DNA of 62,276 nt, counting the filler, from Choristocarpus tenellus KU-1152 (taxonomy: Eukaryota; Protista; Phaeophyceae): the NCBI GenBank assembly GCA_964200185.2. It is 12 parts of 12 records of this genome, joined end to end, with 100 filler letters (N's around TTAATTAATTAA, not from the genome) between each part and the next. Parts side by side here need not be neighbours in the genome. Positions count along the whole stretch, not along the records: positions 20,547 to 28,690 come from CAXNAD020005085.1; positions 28,791 to 34,030 come from CAXNAD020011387.1; positions 34,131 to 37,460 come from CAXNAD020020759.1; positions 37,561 to 40,540 come from CAXNAD020023199.1; 8 more parts are not named here. The stretch is one strand, 5' to 3'. Made by a program: the position numbers and the translations under genes. The notes under the pieces are model-generated. The model did no database searches. It saw nothing but the letters and a program-made list of their open reading frames with translations, and was not told the DNA's origin. The first letter of the stretch is position 1. Every line of letters begins with the position of its first letter. This document shows positions 26,301-39,210 of this stretch, piece by piece.

Positions 26301-28690
26301 GTGCCTACAGATACCGCAGGCCTAGTGAACAGTCGATTAACTGATGATGCGCAGTGCTCCCCTGCCCTCCTATGCCTCAGCTTAGGGCTAGGGCGAGAGG
26401 AGCGTAAGAGCTAATCAACGAGGAGGAAAACACACAGACATGTACATCAGCCATTCGGGCGTATGTGCTCTACATTGCATAAACAAATTCCATTACCCCT
26501 CTTTTTAGCTCCAAATAAACAATGCGTAAGTATGCAGAGTACTTTTTGCCAACTAACGACGGACATCATTGTTTGCGCAGGTTGTAACCTTGTCTGCACA
26601 GCCACCCACCTTGCCCTCACAAGGCATATCGACAAGTACCACAACAGCCTAGATAACGCGGGGAGTTGCATCATCCAGCACGCACATTGGCAGGTAAGAA
26701 AGTTTCATCTTGACACGACCTACTCAACACATACTCGCTGAATACCAGTCACCAAGTAACTAACTGCACGGTCTTTAGTTTTGGTTAGTGTGTTGCAACC
26801 TGCATGTATGATGACGGTGATGTAGAGGTTGCGCTCTAGCAGTACTAGAAACATACCCTGTTCCTCCACGAAACGCGGCGAAATGGGCTGACATATCGGC
26901 CTCACGCCTATCCCTCCCTCGCTCCCAACTCCTCAAACTGGCCAGGTCGACAACTGCGTCTCAGAGAACAAAAAAATATATTTCTCGGATATGCGGGGCT
27001 GTTGGTCACGGCGAGTGTCATTCATGTGGTCGAGATACATTTTATGATGGTGGGGTACACGCACATCAAAATCGATCAGATCTTCTCCAGGTAATTAGGC
27101 AAGATATGCAAGTTCGATAGCCACATCGTGTTTTAATACGGACAGATACTGCCTTGAGGCTTGCAGCTCACGCTTGTTGCATCCATGGAAGGTTTATGGT
27201 CGTACACTGTAATTGATTGATTGGCTTTTGATTTCCCCACAATAAAATTGAACGATAAGAGCAGCTGCCAAATTTGTTTCGTAACATACTCTCGAAACAA
27301 AACAATAAAAAAATGTACGCATCACCCCTTTTTGTATCTATACTTCCATATACATGCATCGGAGCATGTCCCTGCATATATATCCTGCTTATCCACTTCG
27401 CTTCTTTCGTCCCCGCCTCAAAATTAACTTGCTTGCATTTCACCTTCAGGTTCTCACATGGTATAAAAGGGAAGAACATATTCACAAGAACACAGCTGGG
27501 TGAAGAGCTGCAGGCCTCTTACACGGAGGTTCCAGTATACTACAAGACCCTACGGAACGAGGGAAACTTCAAGGGACTCCTTCACGGTCGCGTCAACCGT
27601 GTCCCCAATATCACGAGCTACAGGGCTTTTCGCGTTGAAAAAGGCAGTGATGGGCGGGTTAAGGTTAGCGTAAAGCGATACATGCACAGCACCGAATGGA
27701 GTGGGATAGGCGGAGACCTTGCTATCGACCCCAACGCCCCTCCGCACGACCTCTTCATCGGCCACCAGCCTCGTATCCAAGATGCACCACCCTACCAGCT
27801 CAAGAGCGTTCCCGAAGACACCATCTTGAAGGTGGAGCAGCGGTACCAGGCGTCGCACGAGCGCCTCGCTGCTGCATACCCACTGGGTAAGTCGATTTTT
27901 TCGTGAGGGGAGTTGGTAGCTAATTTTGGATTTCGGTGGCAGCCAAAAAAACTGTTGCAACTTCTGTACGAGGCAGCCTTTACAGCCTTTAGAATAACAA
28001 CCTTGAAAAATATTGCATTCTCATACGTAGTGATTGTCGCATGTTACAATAAAAAGTACCATAGATTACCCCCGATAAATGTTTTGAGGGTACCGGTCTT
28101 GTACTCAACAGACACGATTTCGACGAAATATACACCCTCCCTCTCACCGCATGCTCCCCGAGCGCATTCGGGAAACCTCACGCCTGGTAACAAAGTAACA
28201 TTCATGCTTCCATACCGTTGATGTTCTCGTGCTCATGGATTCCAACTTCGCAGACGATGAAGCCGTTCAGAGAGCGAAACATGAGCAAAGCGAGTCTGTG
28301 CGGCTTCTCAAAAAGACAGGGGAACGAGATTTCGACCTCCCAGTCCATTGGCTTCCCACCGATGATGATGGCGCTGGAACTCGTACCAGTGACGTCGAAG
28401 ACACCGACCAGGGCAAACGTTCGGGAGGAGGAGATAATCTCGTCAGCGGTGACAATGATCTCGGCGGGCTTGAGGAAACACACTCTTCCTCATCGGACAG
28501 TGACAAGGAAGAACCTGGCTCCCATCGATGGGGTTGACCTCGTGCTACGTTGACATCGGGGAACCATGGAAACCTCGTCTCAGTGCAGGAAGGCAGTTTT
28601 GCGTTTTTTGTGGCAACGGAGGCGCCGCTCTTGGTCGGCAAGATCCTAGCGGAGCGTGTCGGCGAGGACGGGGAGCGTGGGGTGGATCTT
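23317..28690 (+). mobile_element. DUF7869-type (Sola-like) DDD transposase pseudogene, 9 exons: 23317-23791, 24204-24339, 24977-25234, 25694-25856, ~26076-26165, 26581-26693, 26946-27090, 27450-27886, 28254-contig end
   Basis: Motifs in order: CC...C, VCTRFFKASFGIS, YGQFMP, FMKCDIC, FMSVDSANQ (first D), GCNLVC, QVDNCVSENK (second D), FMMVGYTHIKIDQIFSRFS (third D; canonical GHTH). All introns are GT-AG. Stops and frameshifts in exons 1, 4, 5, 7 and 9. Confidence 0.85.
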
Positions 28691-29039
28691 NNNNNNNNNN
28701 NNNNNNNNNNNNNNNNNNNNNNNNNNNNNNNNNNTTAATTAATTAANNNNNNNNNNNNNNNNNNNNNNNNNNNNNNNNNNNNNNNNNNNNAAAAAAAAAA
28801 AAAAAAAATTTTCTCCTCCACCACTCTTTCTTTCCCTTTTTTTTTCCCCCCCCCCCCCCCCCCCCCAATCCTGTAACACTGTGGGCTTGACATTCTTCCA
28901 TACCTGTACCCATCTCAGCTTCCCACATCTGAAACTTCACCTTTCACTCTCTTGCTTCTACTGTATCGCTGCATCACTCTTCCCACAAAAAAAAAATACA
29001 ACAACAATTGCACCTCGAGATCACACAGAAGGAGATGCT

Positions 29040-31900
29040 CTAAAGGGTTAGGGATATAGGGTATATAGGTACACAAACCGTTGGATTAGCAAGATCGTGG
29101 GGTTAGGCAAATGAATCATCACCGGAGGTATGGTGGGTGAACCGTAGCTCTCAAGAAAACAGCAAGAGGCCTCAGAATGGCCCATCACCTTTTCAGCGTT
29201 GGTTGGTCCATCAGCCTGCCATGGAGCGTGCCTACTGCTTACATGGTGTACCTCAACGGGTATGATGAGGAGCATATTTCAACACAAGAGACAGCTCTAT
29301 GGGTGAAACAGACAAAGGGCGAAGGAGTAATGTGTAAGCCCAACAAACGATCCTCATGGTACAGAGTAAGATGCCACGATTTTCCTTTGGGTTGACACAA
29401 GAGCACCATGCTTGGCAGGGCAAGGCCACAACTTATACCACACACAAGGTTTCCTTTCACCCAAAACCCTTCCCTGTGTTTTGCTTGAATATCATACTAT
29501 AGGACAACAGCAAGAATTGGGATACTCTCTCTCGCAATCATACACCCGGCAGTGTAACGGAAAGTCAAGGTACGTACAAACTTCCACAGCCATCATCACT
29601 AAGCCGATGTCGTGACAGGGGTAAGATAGATGGACGTGGGTCTCGACATAGACCTCCTCCAGATGTCGTAACCCAAGGCTGCCACAAGAATCCCAGTGTT
29701 TTCGCTTCAGTTGACGGCATTGTGTTTCCTCTATTGTATTTTCCCTATTTGAGCAACGCAATGAACTGTTTCATGAGCAGAGCAACTGCCAGACCTCACG
29801 TGTATTGCTGTAGTGTGCACACCCACCTCTTTCAAAGAAAACGTCTCCTCCGACGAGGACAGATCCGCTGCAGCCCCGTCCTCCTGCCAATTTTCCTTCC
29901 TCACGCTAGTGGCACCATCGTGCTTATCTACTTTCCCCTTAAGAGGATCAGAGAATTGATGCCCTTCCCCCTCCACCACTCCGACCTTGTCACTTTGAAG
30001 TAATCCAGACTCCATGTTGCTCTCTTCATATTTTGCACCACCGTGTGATGGTAACCAAACTCCGAACGGAGAGCCTATCAGTTCACGAGCAGACGTGCCT
30101 TGTGGTGGCTGAGGGTAGGGTGGGAGATGGGGGGGTTGGCGTGGATGTGAGGGTAATGAAGGGATGCAATAGGTACTTGGAATCATTGGTCAACTCAATT
30201 CTCTTGTCAACTCCAGGTCAGCTCTTAGTTATAGTACAGAGGCTAAATCGTATGAGGTCATAAGATATTGTGAGTGGGGCTTGATCACATATCCTGCCGC
30301 CCTTTCTCACCAGTGACTCGTTGCGATGATTGATCAATAATACGTGCTCGTACCTGTAGAACCCTGGACAGTTCACTTGTCAGGCCAGGATCCAAAGCCT
30401 TCGCTTCAGGACAGGCCAAAAGGAATGCTGCGAAGGCACATTGTCCACATCGTTTCATCGGTAGCGCGCCAGCAACGCGCGTGCCGTAGCTGTAGAGTCG
30501 CCCTGCCCACTCAACTCTGCGAACCCCCACACCGCCAGGTCAGCTCAATTTCTTTCAAACAATGCTCTTGCTGAGTCACGTAGCACCTTTTTTTGCAACG
30601 GAGATATGCTACTCGTCCTTCTCCTTGCCTTTCCTCCACGGTTAGCGTTCTCTTTCCCACCAAGTGTGTATTGGTCTTATGTTTGAGTATATGGGAGAAC
30701 TGTCACTTGGACAGATATTCCCCTCCTTATCCCCAATACTTATCTCGGGATTGGTCACAAATGAGATCGGAATGTTACAGTCTCGAGTGTATGGAAGTCC
30801 ACGGTATATAGATTAGAAGAGGACGGTTGAAAGGTGACGAAGTTGAGGGGGACAACTCCACAAAGAAGGCAACAGCAACTCATGATTAAGGCCTTCGACC
30901 TTTTCAGAAACCCTCTCGTAAAAGTCAACCCCAACTTGTCCATGCGATGCTTAGGTCCTCTTCTTCGGTTTTACTGCTCAGAAAGCGGGTGTGAGATTTG
31001 AAGTTTGTGGAAGAGAGTATCGATCAGGGTAGGTATCGGCGATGGTGAGTAAGGGGTTGCTCTTGATCGGGGAAGAATGTCCCTGTTCTACGTGTCATTT
31101 TAAACTCGAGAAATGTGATGATTTGAGTAAGGTGGATGCCGCCTCGCCAACCTCCACTCGGGCGAGATTTCAGCTGATTTCTGTCATTGAGAATGGTGTA
31201 GGAAGTACTTCTGTCGTTGGAAACCACTTCATCCTTCTTTTTGATCTTGCGATAGAGGATTGAAACCATTGGTATCATAGCATCTTTCACCTTCCCTGAA
31301 TGTGGGCTGAGACTCGAGGATACCTCAGGTCAAATCCTTACTATTTGCGCAGCCCACTGGTGCTCTCCATTCGACCATCTGCTAGTCACCGTGATTAAGT
31401 AGATGAGTCATCAACGATGATTGCACCTAATGGATGCATCCGCTCTGTTATGGTAACAACTCGAAATATTACCTCTACTACAACACACGTATGGTTACCG
31501 TGTGTTGGATTCTTATTTGTCGGCGAGTCTTCTCCAGAGATAGACCGACAACCTAACCCTAAAATTCGGTTTCCAACATCCTTGTGATACATAAGCGCAT
31601 CTGAAGCATCTTGTTCTAACAACGATCCATCCTCTCGCCACTTCCTTGATCACAGCTTTCTGGCTGGTCGCATATCAATGATCCAGGCGATCAGACAGGA
31701 GTTGGGGGGGTGTCGCAGGGTGGTGGCTCCGAGGCGGAGCAGGAGACGCGAGAGGCTAGGGAAGGCAGGTGAGATCACCAATGGAGCAACTCGTTGCTTT
31801 GTGCTCTGTCCCTGTTCCCCACTGCAAAGGCGACCTCCCACAAGTATTTTCACGTCGGTTTCGTCTGCCCTTAATATTTTGCTGATTCTTTGCACCAGTC
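29040..31900 (-). mobile_element. Probable very degenerate LTR-retrotransposon relic
   Basis: Coding-like composition without splice structure; weak integrase-zinc-finger-like GVRRV...FAAFLLACPE segment. Family not assignable. Confidence 0.3.
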
Positions 31901-32951
31901 GTGGTGCACAATCTACGGGAGAAGATTAAGAACTCCCGTAGAACGCAAGGATGCTTGCTCTGATCAATGTGCAAAGTTGAAGTGGGGAGTAAGATATACT
32001 TTGAAGTAGCGGTGATTCTTGTGGCACTGATAGGTTAATTGTATCTTACTCTTGCCATAGACAAGCCTCTTTGTTGTCTGTGGTGGCATGATGGGGGTAT
32101 TGATGTCAAGATGTAGTGGGGTGCAGGGACACCATTAATGGATGAGCTGGCAGGCATAGATCAATGACATGAACTCTCAATGTATTGGGTGTTGGTATGG
32201 GGATGGGATTGCGTGTTGCAAGGGAACAAGATCCTGATAAGATATGTTCCCTTCAGCTAAAGTCATATAGCTTCTCATCACTGACTGGTCACCCGATTAT
32301 AATTGACACTTCAGCGCCGACCCATGACTCGTCCTATCATTATGGTTAAGTCTAGATTACTATTTTTCGAGGCGATTTTTTTTTGCTTTTTTGGGGGTTG
32401 AACCTGTCTGCACAATCACACAACAGTATTGCACCGGTTTCTAACTCAACAGATCTCGTCCTTGTCTTGTTTCTCAGTCCTAGGATAGAAAAAAAACCCC
32501 TGGGAGTACCTCACTCAAGGACGAGCTAGTCGTAACAGCACCATAGCATTCTACACCTTTATCATCTCTTCTATCACCAAACCCTAATCCTACCTCCTAC
32601 CCTCTGCTCAACTCTATTCCAACCATAGAACGAATGCCTGCAGTTAGTCAGCTGCAAGTAGTGCAGGGTAATATCATAGAATCTCCTGCACTAATTTCTG
32701 TGTGATCTCCCCTCCACCGAGGGTTAGGGTTAGTGTTGTCCCCCCCCGTTCAAGCTGTAGCGATTTTGTCAAAGCTGTCGTTCTTCTTTTATATTTTTGT
32801 TATTATTATTTTATTTGTTTTGCCTTTTTTCGGAGCATAAAGCGTCGGGTTTATCAACCAGATAGGCTGGCTGCATTCGAACGTCCTTCTAATCATATAA
32901 TATTATGCAAGTGACAGGGACGTTTTGTGTAGGTTGAGGTTTGTGGAGCTT

Positions 32952-33021
32952 GCTCTCAGAGCACACCCCTGCTCTCAGAGCGCACCCCTGCTCTCAGAGC
33001 GCACCCCTGCTCTCAGAGCAC
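32952..33021. repeat. 19-bp tandem repeat GCTCTCAGAGC(A/G)CACCCCT, about 4 copies
   Basis: Seen directly. Confidence 0.9.
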
Positions 33022-33810
33022 ACTACTGATACTTTTTTTTTCGGATGGAAGCAACTATTCGCGTGTACGCACCTGCCCGGCAGACTCCTGAAGTGCCTCA
33101 ACCTAAGGTTAGGGTTAGATCAACCTAACGACACTCTTCATAATGCCGTGTATCAACCTAACGACAGCTCGTTACCCAAAACACCGCTGCTTTATTTTAT
33201 TTTTTAATTCTCATGGTCTTCTTCATCACATTTTTTCTTTTTTCTTCTTCTATTTCTGAGCCAAGTGCAATCGAGAGGGGTAGGCAGGTTTTGGACCCCC
33301 CATCTTGCGTTCCAAGTCGTCTTTTCTTTGCCCTGTGCAATGCACTCTATTTCACTGGTGTATGTGTGCACAATAGTGTAGGTAAAAATGGCACTATTTC
33401 ACTGGTGTATGTGTGCACAATAGTGTAGGTAAAATGACATTCCCCCTCTCCAAACACAAAAGCGACGCCATGTTTCAGCAAATGCTCTCGCCTTTCTCGG
33501 GGGTGCTTAGGATGCAGCAAAAGCCCCGCCTACCTCTCCGTCGTTTGACTCACTGCGTCCTTTGGTATCAGGCTAGAGTTGGAGTTGGAGTTGGAGTTGG
33601 AGTTGGAGTGTGCGGCGGGGGGAGGGGGGGGGGGTCATCGTTGGTGTCTCACGCAGTCAAATGCACAATGTCTACTAATTTTTTTATTTTTTTTTACTAT
33701 TATTATTATTTTTATTATTATTTTTATTGTTGATATTGCGTGTAGTAGAGCCAACGGCGCGAGAGATGCGAAATAAAAATAAATTGGATGCAGAGTGTCT
33801 TCTTGCAGAA

Positions 33811-34030
33811 GTGTGGAGTACAGAGTAGGACAGTGTGGAGTACAGAGTAGGACAGTGTGGAGTACAGAGTAGGACAGTGTGGAGTACAGAGTAGGACAGT
33901 GTGGAGTACAGAGTAGGACAGTGTGGAGTACAGAATAGGACAGTGTGGAGTACAGAATAGGACAGTGTGGAGTACAGAATAGGACAGTGTGGAGTACAGA
34001 ATAGGACAGTGTGGAGTACAGAATAGGACA
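33811..34030. repeat. 22-bp minisatellite GTGTGGAGTACAGA(G/A)TAGGACA x10, running into the contig end
   Basis: Seen directly; the G variant switches to the A variant after the fourth unit. Confidence 0.97.
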
Positions 34031-35824
34031 NNNNNNNNNNNNNNNNNNNNNNNNNNNNNNNNNNNNNNNNNNNNTTAATTAATTAANNNNNNNNNNNNNN
34101 NNNNNNNNNNNNNNNNNNNNNNNNNNNNNNGTACAGAATGCACTGCCATAAACACAATAGTTACAGCTTCATATAGCAGTACAGTACCCGAAACAAGCAG
34201 CCGCGATCGTCCTCTCATCACACTCCATATTATCTACGTGGCCGCACACGTTGTTTTTGTGCAGTAGGCGATATTGCCGTACCAGGTATGTGTTTACGGT
34301 GTGTCATTACTCTGAAATACGCGCGTATGTAGATGATTTCCTCGAATAGTGCGGGGTCCCGCAATAGTGCGGTATGTGCCTCTTGTCACTACACCGCACT
34401 AAAGTGGGACCCTTACTGTATTGCAAATAATAGGTCTATTAAAATAAAACAGTTCGAATATGTGGAAAAATCGCCTATACATACAAATAAATGCTCAAAG
34501 AATATTTTCTGAGTTGTGTTGAAATTTTTCAAACAATATAAAAATCGACGTTCTCAAGTCAAATTTTGCACGTCATTCATCGAAATATGAGTGAATTGCG
34601 AAAGATAATAAAAATGTCTTAAAATCCAAAACGATCAATAAACGTATGTACCTCTCGTTTACTTTGACTCAGAATGAGGAAGGAAAGGAGACCGGGTGCT
34701 CAGGAGCAGCATTTGAAGATGGAGACTATGAAGAGCTTAACACATCGGAGATAGATGCCTTGTGTTTCGCAACAGCAAGCAAGGGCATCACAAAGCAAGT
34801 TAAGAACAGCAATGCTTCGGATTACGATGGGGTTGTCGTATGGGGAGGAGCAGAGCAGGACCTGTATGATTAGCTGTACACCCGAGTTAGAAGAGTAGTG
34901 GTAGACAGTACCCTACCTTGTCTGTTCATCATGGGAGAATAAAGTATTTCTAAGACGATAGTACTCTATTGTATATCTTTACGAGAGAAGAGTCTTTCAT
35001 GGACAAAGCCCTCCTACTTCACTGGAAGGTTTATGTTTTTATGGTTTCTCACTGAAGAAAGGAGTCATTGGACGATACCAGTACTTTCAAGTACTTGATG
35101 TTGAGAGGAAGGTCTCTATAAACAGTCTCTATGTGTAGTGCACTCCAAGTTAGGGTTTTACTTGACCGATAAGTCCAATGCAGGATGAGTGCCGTGACCT
35201 ATGAGTGTCGCTCTAACATGCTTCTATCGCTAGGCCAATGTTGGAAGGGATTTTCTCACTCTGTTTCATCTCTATCTGGACTCTCAACGTTGCTTGGTGA
35301 TACTTGAGGGCAGTGTAATCACAATTATTTCGTGAACATCCAAGAATTATGAGGACAAGAAGAGGTTATTATTTTCTTTACTAGTGAAATTACTGATGAT
35401 AGTGTTGGAGTTGCCACATGTGCTTCACGCTGGCGGGCATATTACAGGAATTTGTCCTGTAGGGGCTGTTCGCAGCCAGGAGACGATGGACCTTTCCAAA
35501 TAGACCATTTTGTCATACTGATCGGAACATGCTGCTTGAGTTGTCTTCACTTAAGGAATATTTAATAAATGTTCCCGATTGTAACAGTTGAATTAGCTTG
35601 CTTAGACACCCCAATTTTCATTGTGTGTAAAATTCCCTTTTTTAATCGAATTGTATGTATGTCTTGCCCGTTCCCTTTCATGGTAAATCCTCCTTATCGA
35701 GGTGGATACTACATCATTTCCAAGTTAGTTTTCTTTTCTTTCTTCCTGGCATAGGAAAATATCGTAACTGTGATCAGTATATTATACAACATAGCGGTAG
35801 TAGCACTAGTAGTTGGCGTATATG

Positions 35825-36277
35825 TGTTACAGGCAAATAGTGTGAATATTCCTTTCCGCGCTTTAGCCGGCGCGAGCAGTGTAGGCGCATGTGGAACCCC
35901 AAAAGGGGGAACTCCGATTTGCCAAGAGTCTCAAAGTGAAATCTGTACCTTGGGAAGGTTGCAACGGTTGTCAGATGTATTCCACCGTCTGTAAACCAAA
36001 ATAAGACAAAACGGTAAATGATGATAAGAGGTCTTGAAAAAACGGCTCAGACCCCAAACGGCTCACTCTTAATCTGATACCAATTATCATATCCATGCTT
36101 ATTGATTTATTAAGAGTACCCCTGTTCTGCTGACCTGACGCCTATTAACCTGTGGATTGAACCCTCTTGACTGTCGGAGTATTCTGGGAGCCCTGTACGG
36201 ATATCAGCATCATCTATAAGCTTGTGGACTGGAGCTATACATGCTGTGGAAGTAAGCTTCTGGAGCGTGCTGTGACA
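35825..36277 (+). mobile_element. Solo-LTR-like element, second copy (~453 bp); further 5' ends at 37386 and 37443
   Basis: TGTTACAGGCAAATAG...TGTGACA; homologous to 17889-18346 and near-identical in length. Confidence 0.7.
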
Positions 36278-36363
36278 TATATTATTGGTAGTTTGTGCTA
36301 TAAGAAAGTATCCCTTTAAAACTTGTTGTAAATGCGAGTAGGAGTGGTTAATATATATAGTAG

Positions 36364-36619
36364 GAGTGAGAGTATCTTAGAGGGCACGAATTTTGCCCTG
36401 TTTGTCCATTTGGGGCTTGGCTTCCCTCAGGGTTTTTATGAAATTTTTTACTCCAAAATATTTTTGAGTAGGAGAAATGTATACGTTATGAAAAGGTGTG
36501 TCTGGAACAAGGATATTGACACTTCCTAACAAACACGATAGCAAAATTACATCGAAATCACAACTTTGGATTTTGGTCCCCAACTGGACGCGGCTCTACC
36601 CTCTAAGATACTTTGGCTC
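36364..36619 (+). mobile_element. MITE family A, copy 2, GTAG TSD
   Basis: GTAG|GAGTGAGAGTATCTTAGAGGG...CCCTCTAAGATACTTTGGCTC|GTAG. Confidence 0.92.
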
Positions 36620-38234
36620 GTAGGACACTAATAAAAAGAAAGCCTATTGCTCGTTTTATCTAAAGCGCATGTTGCTTGTATAAATGGTACATGTTCTAGA
36701 TGTGCTACTTACTGCGGTATCTATAGCTCATTAGCCCCTTATTTAGGGCGGAGCAGGGATAACATCGAATACATATTTATATGGTCTTGTAGTTTGTGCA
36801 CATGTATATCTTGACAACTCAGAATCGCTGCCAGTATTCCAAATAATGAGCCATATATTATCCTAGAGGGGGATCTATTTAGGCCCATTTTGAGTATAAG
36901 GAGTGAATAAAGCCTTCTGCCTAACACAATCATTTCTATGCCCAAAGGAGACTGTCATGTTTGTCCAGGCAAGCGCGAAATCAATCTTCACAGTGCTAGT
37001 GGCACATGCACCAGAAGATAGTCACAGAGGCCCCTTACACTCATCCGCACCTCACTCTAGAGTAGTTCACACAACAAGGCGGGGTATTGTTTATCAGATA
37101 GTGTAGATGTACGAAAAGCACCCCCCACCCCACCCTACAGCGGCAGCGGCCCATCATGAATGGGAGTGCTATTTTGGTGCGGAAAGTGAAATGAAGGCAG
37201 ATGTAATTGTTGTGCATCAGATGGGCACCTGGATAATGCATGTGTGCGCAATACATTAATGAGGTGAAGGCATCAAATACTTCCAGTTGCCGGATTTCCA
37301 AAACAGGGACTGAAAGAAACATGTGAATTACAAGAAAGAGAACCTCTACAGAAATGTCTCAACAAAACCTCCTCTAGGTATGAAATGTTACAGGCGAATA
37401 GAGCGAGTATTTCTTCTTGTATTTCAACGAAGTGCAAACGTTTGTTACACGCGAATAGCGNNNNNNNNNNNNNNNNNNNNNNNNNNNNNNNNNNNNNNNN
37501 NNNNTTAATTAATTAANNNNNNNNNNNNNNNNNNNNNNNNNNNNNNNNNNNNNNNNNNNNTTTTTTTCTTAAAACTTTAGATAAACCGTATCTTTTGCCG
37601 TGTTTGTTGTCCCCCCCCCCCCCCCCCCCCCCGCTTTTCCCTTCTATTCCTCTGCACATGTAGATGTACTACAGAGAAAACGCAATGCTTGTCATAGAGT
37701 AAGTGACCAAGCCCACAAACGATCTGGTCATGCATGTCCACGGAGAGAAATGGTCCAAGAGTTTGTCACGGGTGACGATGGGTGTTACGAGCCTGACGCA
37801 ATCAAAAGGTCTTTTTTTTTTTAGAGGCAGCACTAGCGCTTGCTTGAGCATGACCTTGTCCGGTGAATATACAATAGGCTTCAAGTACAAATACAAGCAT
37901 AAATATATGTGTGTGTGTATGCATATATATACTTACATTTGTGCCCTTCCTCTATTTTTTTCCCCCAAGAAATTTCTCGATGATTTTCTCACCATCACAA
38001 CAATCCTTCACACACATAAAAGAACAACACACACACACACAAAAAAAAAATAACAATCACGAGCAAAAACATCAACAAAAAGAGATATACCTTTTATGTA
38101 TCCTTCCTCAGAGTCAAAGTCATTCTCTTTTTTTAAATCATAAAACATTCACACACACACACACATACAAAAATTATCATTCCGAACACTCACAACATGC
38201 ACATTTCATATTTCTCTTTCTTTTTTCCCCTTAC

Positions 38235-38408
38235 CGCAGAGGCCCCCTTCTGCGTCACGACCCTGGTTATTTCCGAGACTGCCGTGGTACCAATGCCCCT
38301 CATCGTCTGTCCTGCCTGAGACCGTACCCCCTCTAACCTCCCGTCTATCTCCCCCTCGTAGTGAACCAGCCATGGGTGTATCAGTCTCCCATAGATGCAG
38401 CTAGCCCC
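38235..38408 (-). CDS. TB2/DP1/HVA22 (REEP-family) protein, single internal exon
   Basis: AG/GT-bounded 174-bp exon encoding GASCIYGRLIHPWLVHYEGEIDGRLEGVRSQAG, which matches the HVA22/REEP motif GAxxxYxxxxxPxLxxxExEID. Confidence 0.7.
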
Positions 38409-39056
38409 CTTCAATCCACCAGAGCAATCAATGAGAAAACAGAAAAATCTACGTGTCAAGTGTGTGTGTGTGTGCGCGCGCGCGCACGTGCATGTATGCA
38501 CTTTTTTTTGTAATATTGTTGAGGGGTGGGGGAGGGATGATGAGAGAGTGGGGCGTAGTTGAATAACGTGGCATTACAGTGCATAACAACAATAAAAAAA
38601 ATGTACTCTAAAAAAACTAAAGGCAACAAATTTACAACCCTAACCCTAATCCACAAGTAATTCCCTCTTTCGCAAACGAGGGCTACTGCGACTACGGCTA
38701 CGTTCGTTGGAAGGCGTGTACGCGAAAGGAGGAACATGTCAGGCGTTTCGTATTACAGCTGTCCGCCTTCACTGCAGATGAAATAGCACCCCTCCCTAGC
38801 ATATACTGTTATCTGTATCTATCTATATATGTACATATTTATGTATGTATGTACGTATGTATGTATATATGTTTGTAATTAGTCACACTTCTAGCGATGC
38901 AGTGCTTCAGAAGCGATTTATTAAATTTAAAAAAAATATATTATGAACACCGTTCTTGCCAATACACAAACGATATTTCAGTCTCTTTCAACTGGGAATA
39001 AATAAGAAACATGCGGCAATCTTCTCCCTCAGATCACAGTAGTAGAGTAATACTTC

Positions 39057-39210
39057 ACATTACGCTACATTATATTACGTTACCATATGATACATTACAT
39101 TACATCATGATACATTACGATACACTACGTTACCACATGATACATTATGTTACATTGCATTACATTACGTTACATTACATTACAGTACATTATGATACAT
39201 TACAATACAC
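39057..39210. repeat. Degenerate pentanucleotide (ACATT)n microsatellite; similar (ATATA)n tract at ~39800-39920
   Basis: Seen directly. Confidence 0.85.

Noticed and set aside
33811-34030. CRISPR array
   Set aside because: Head-to-tail 22-bp minisatellite without spacers.
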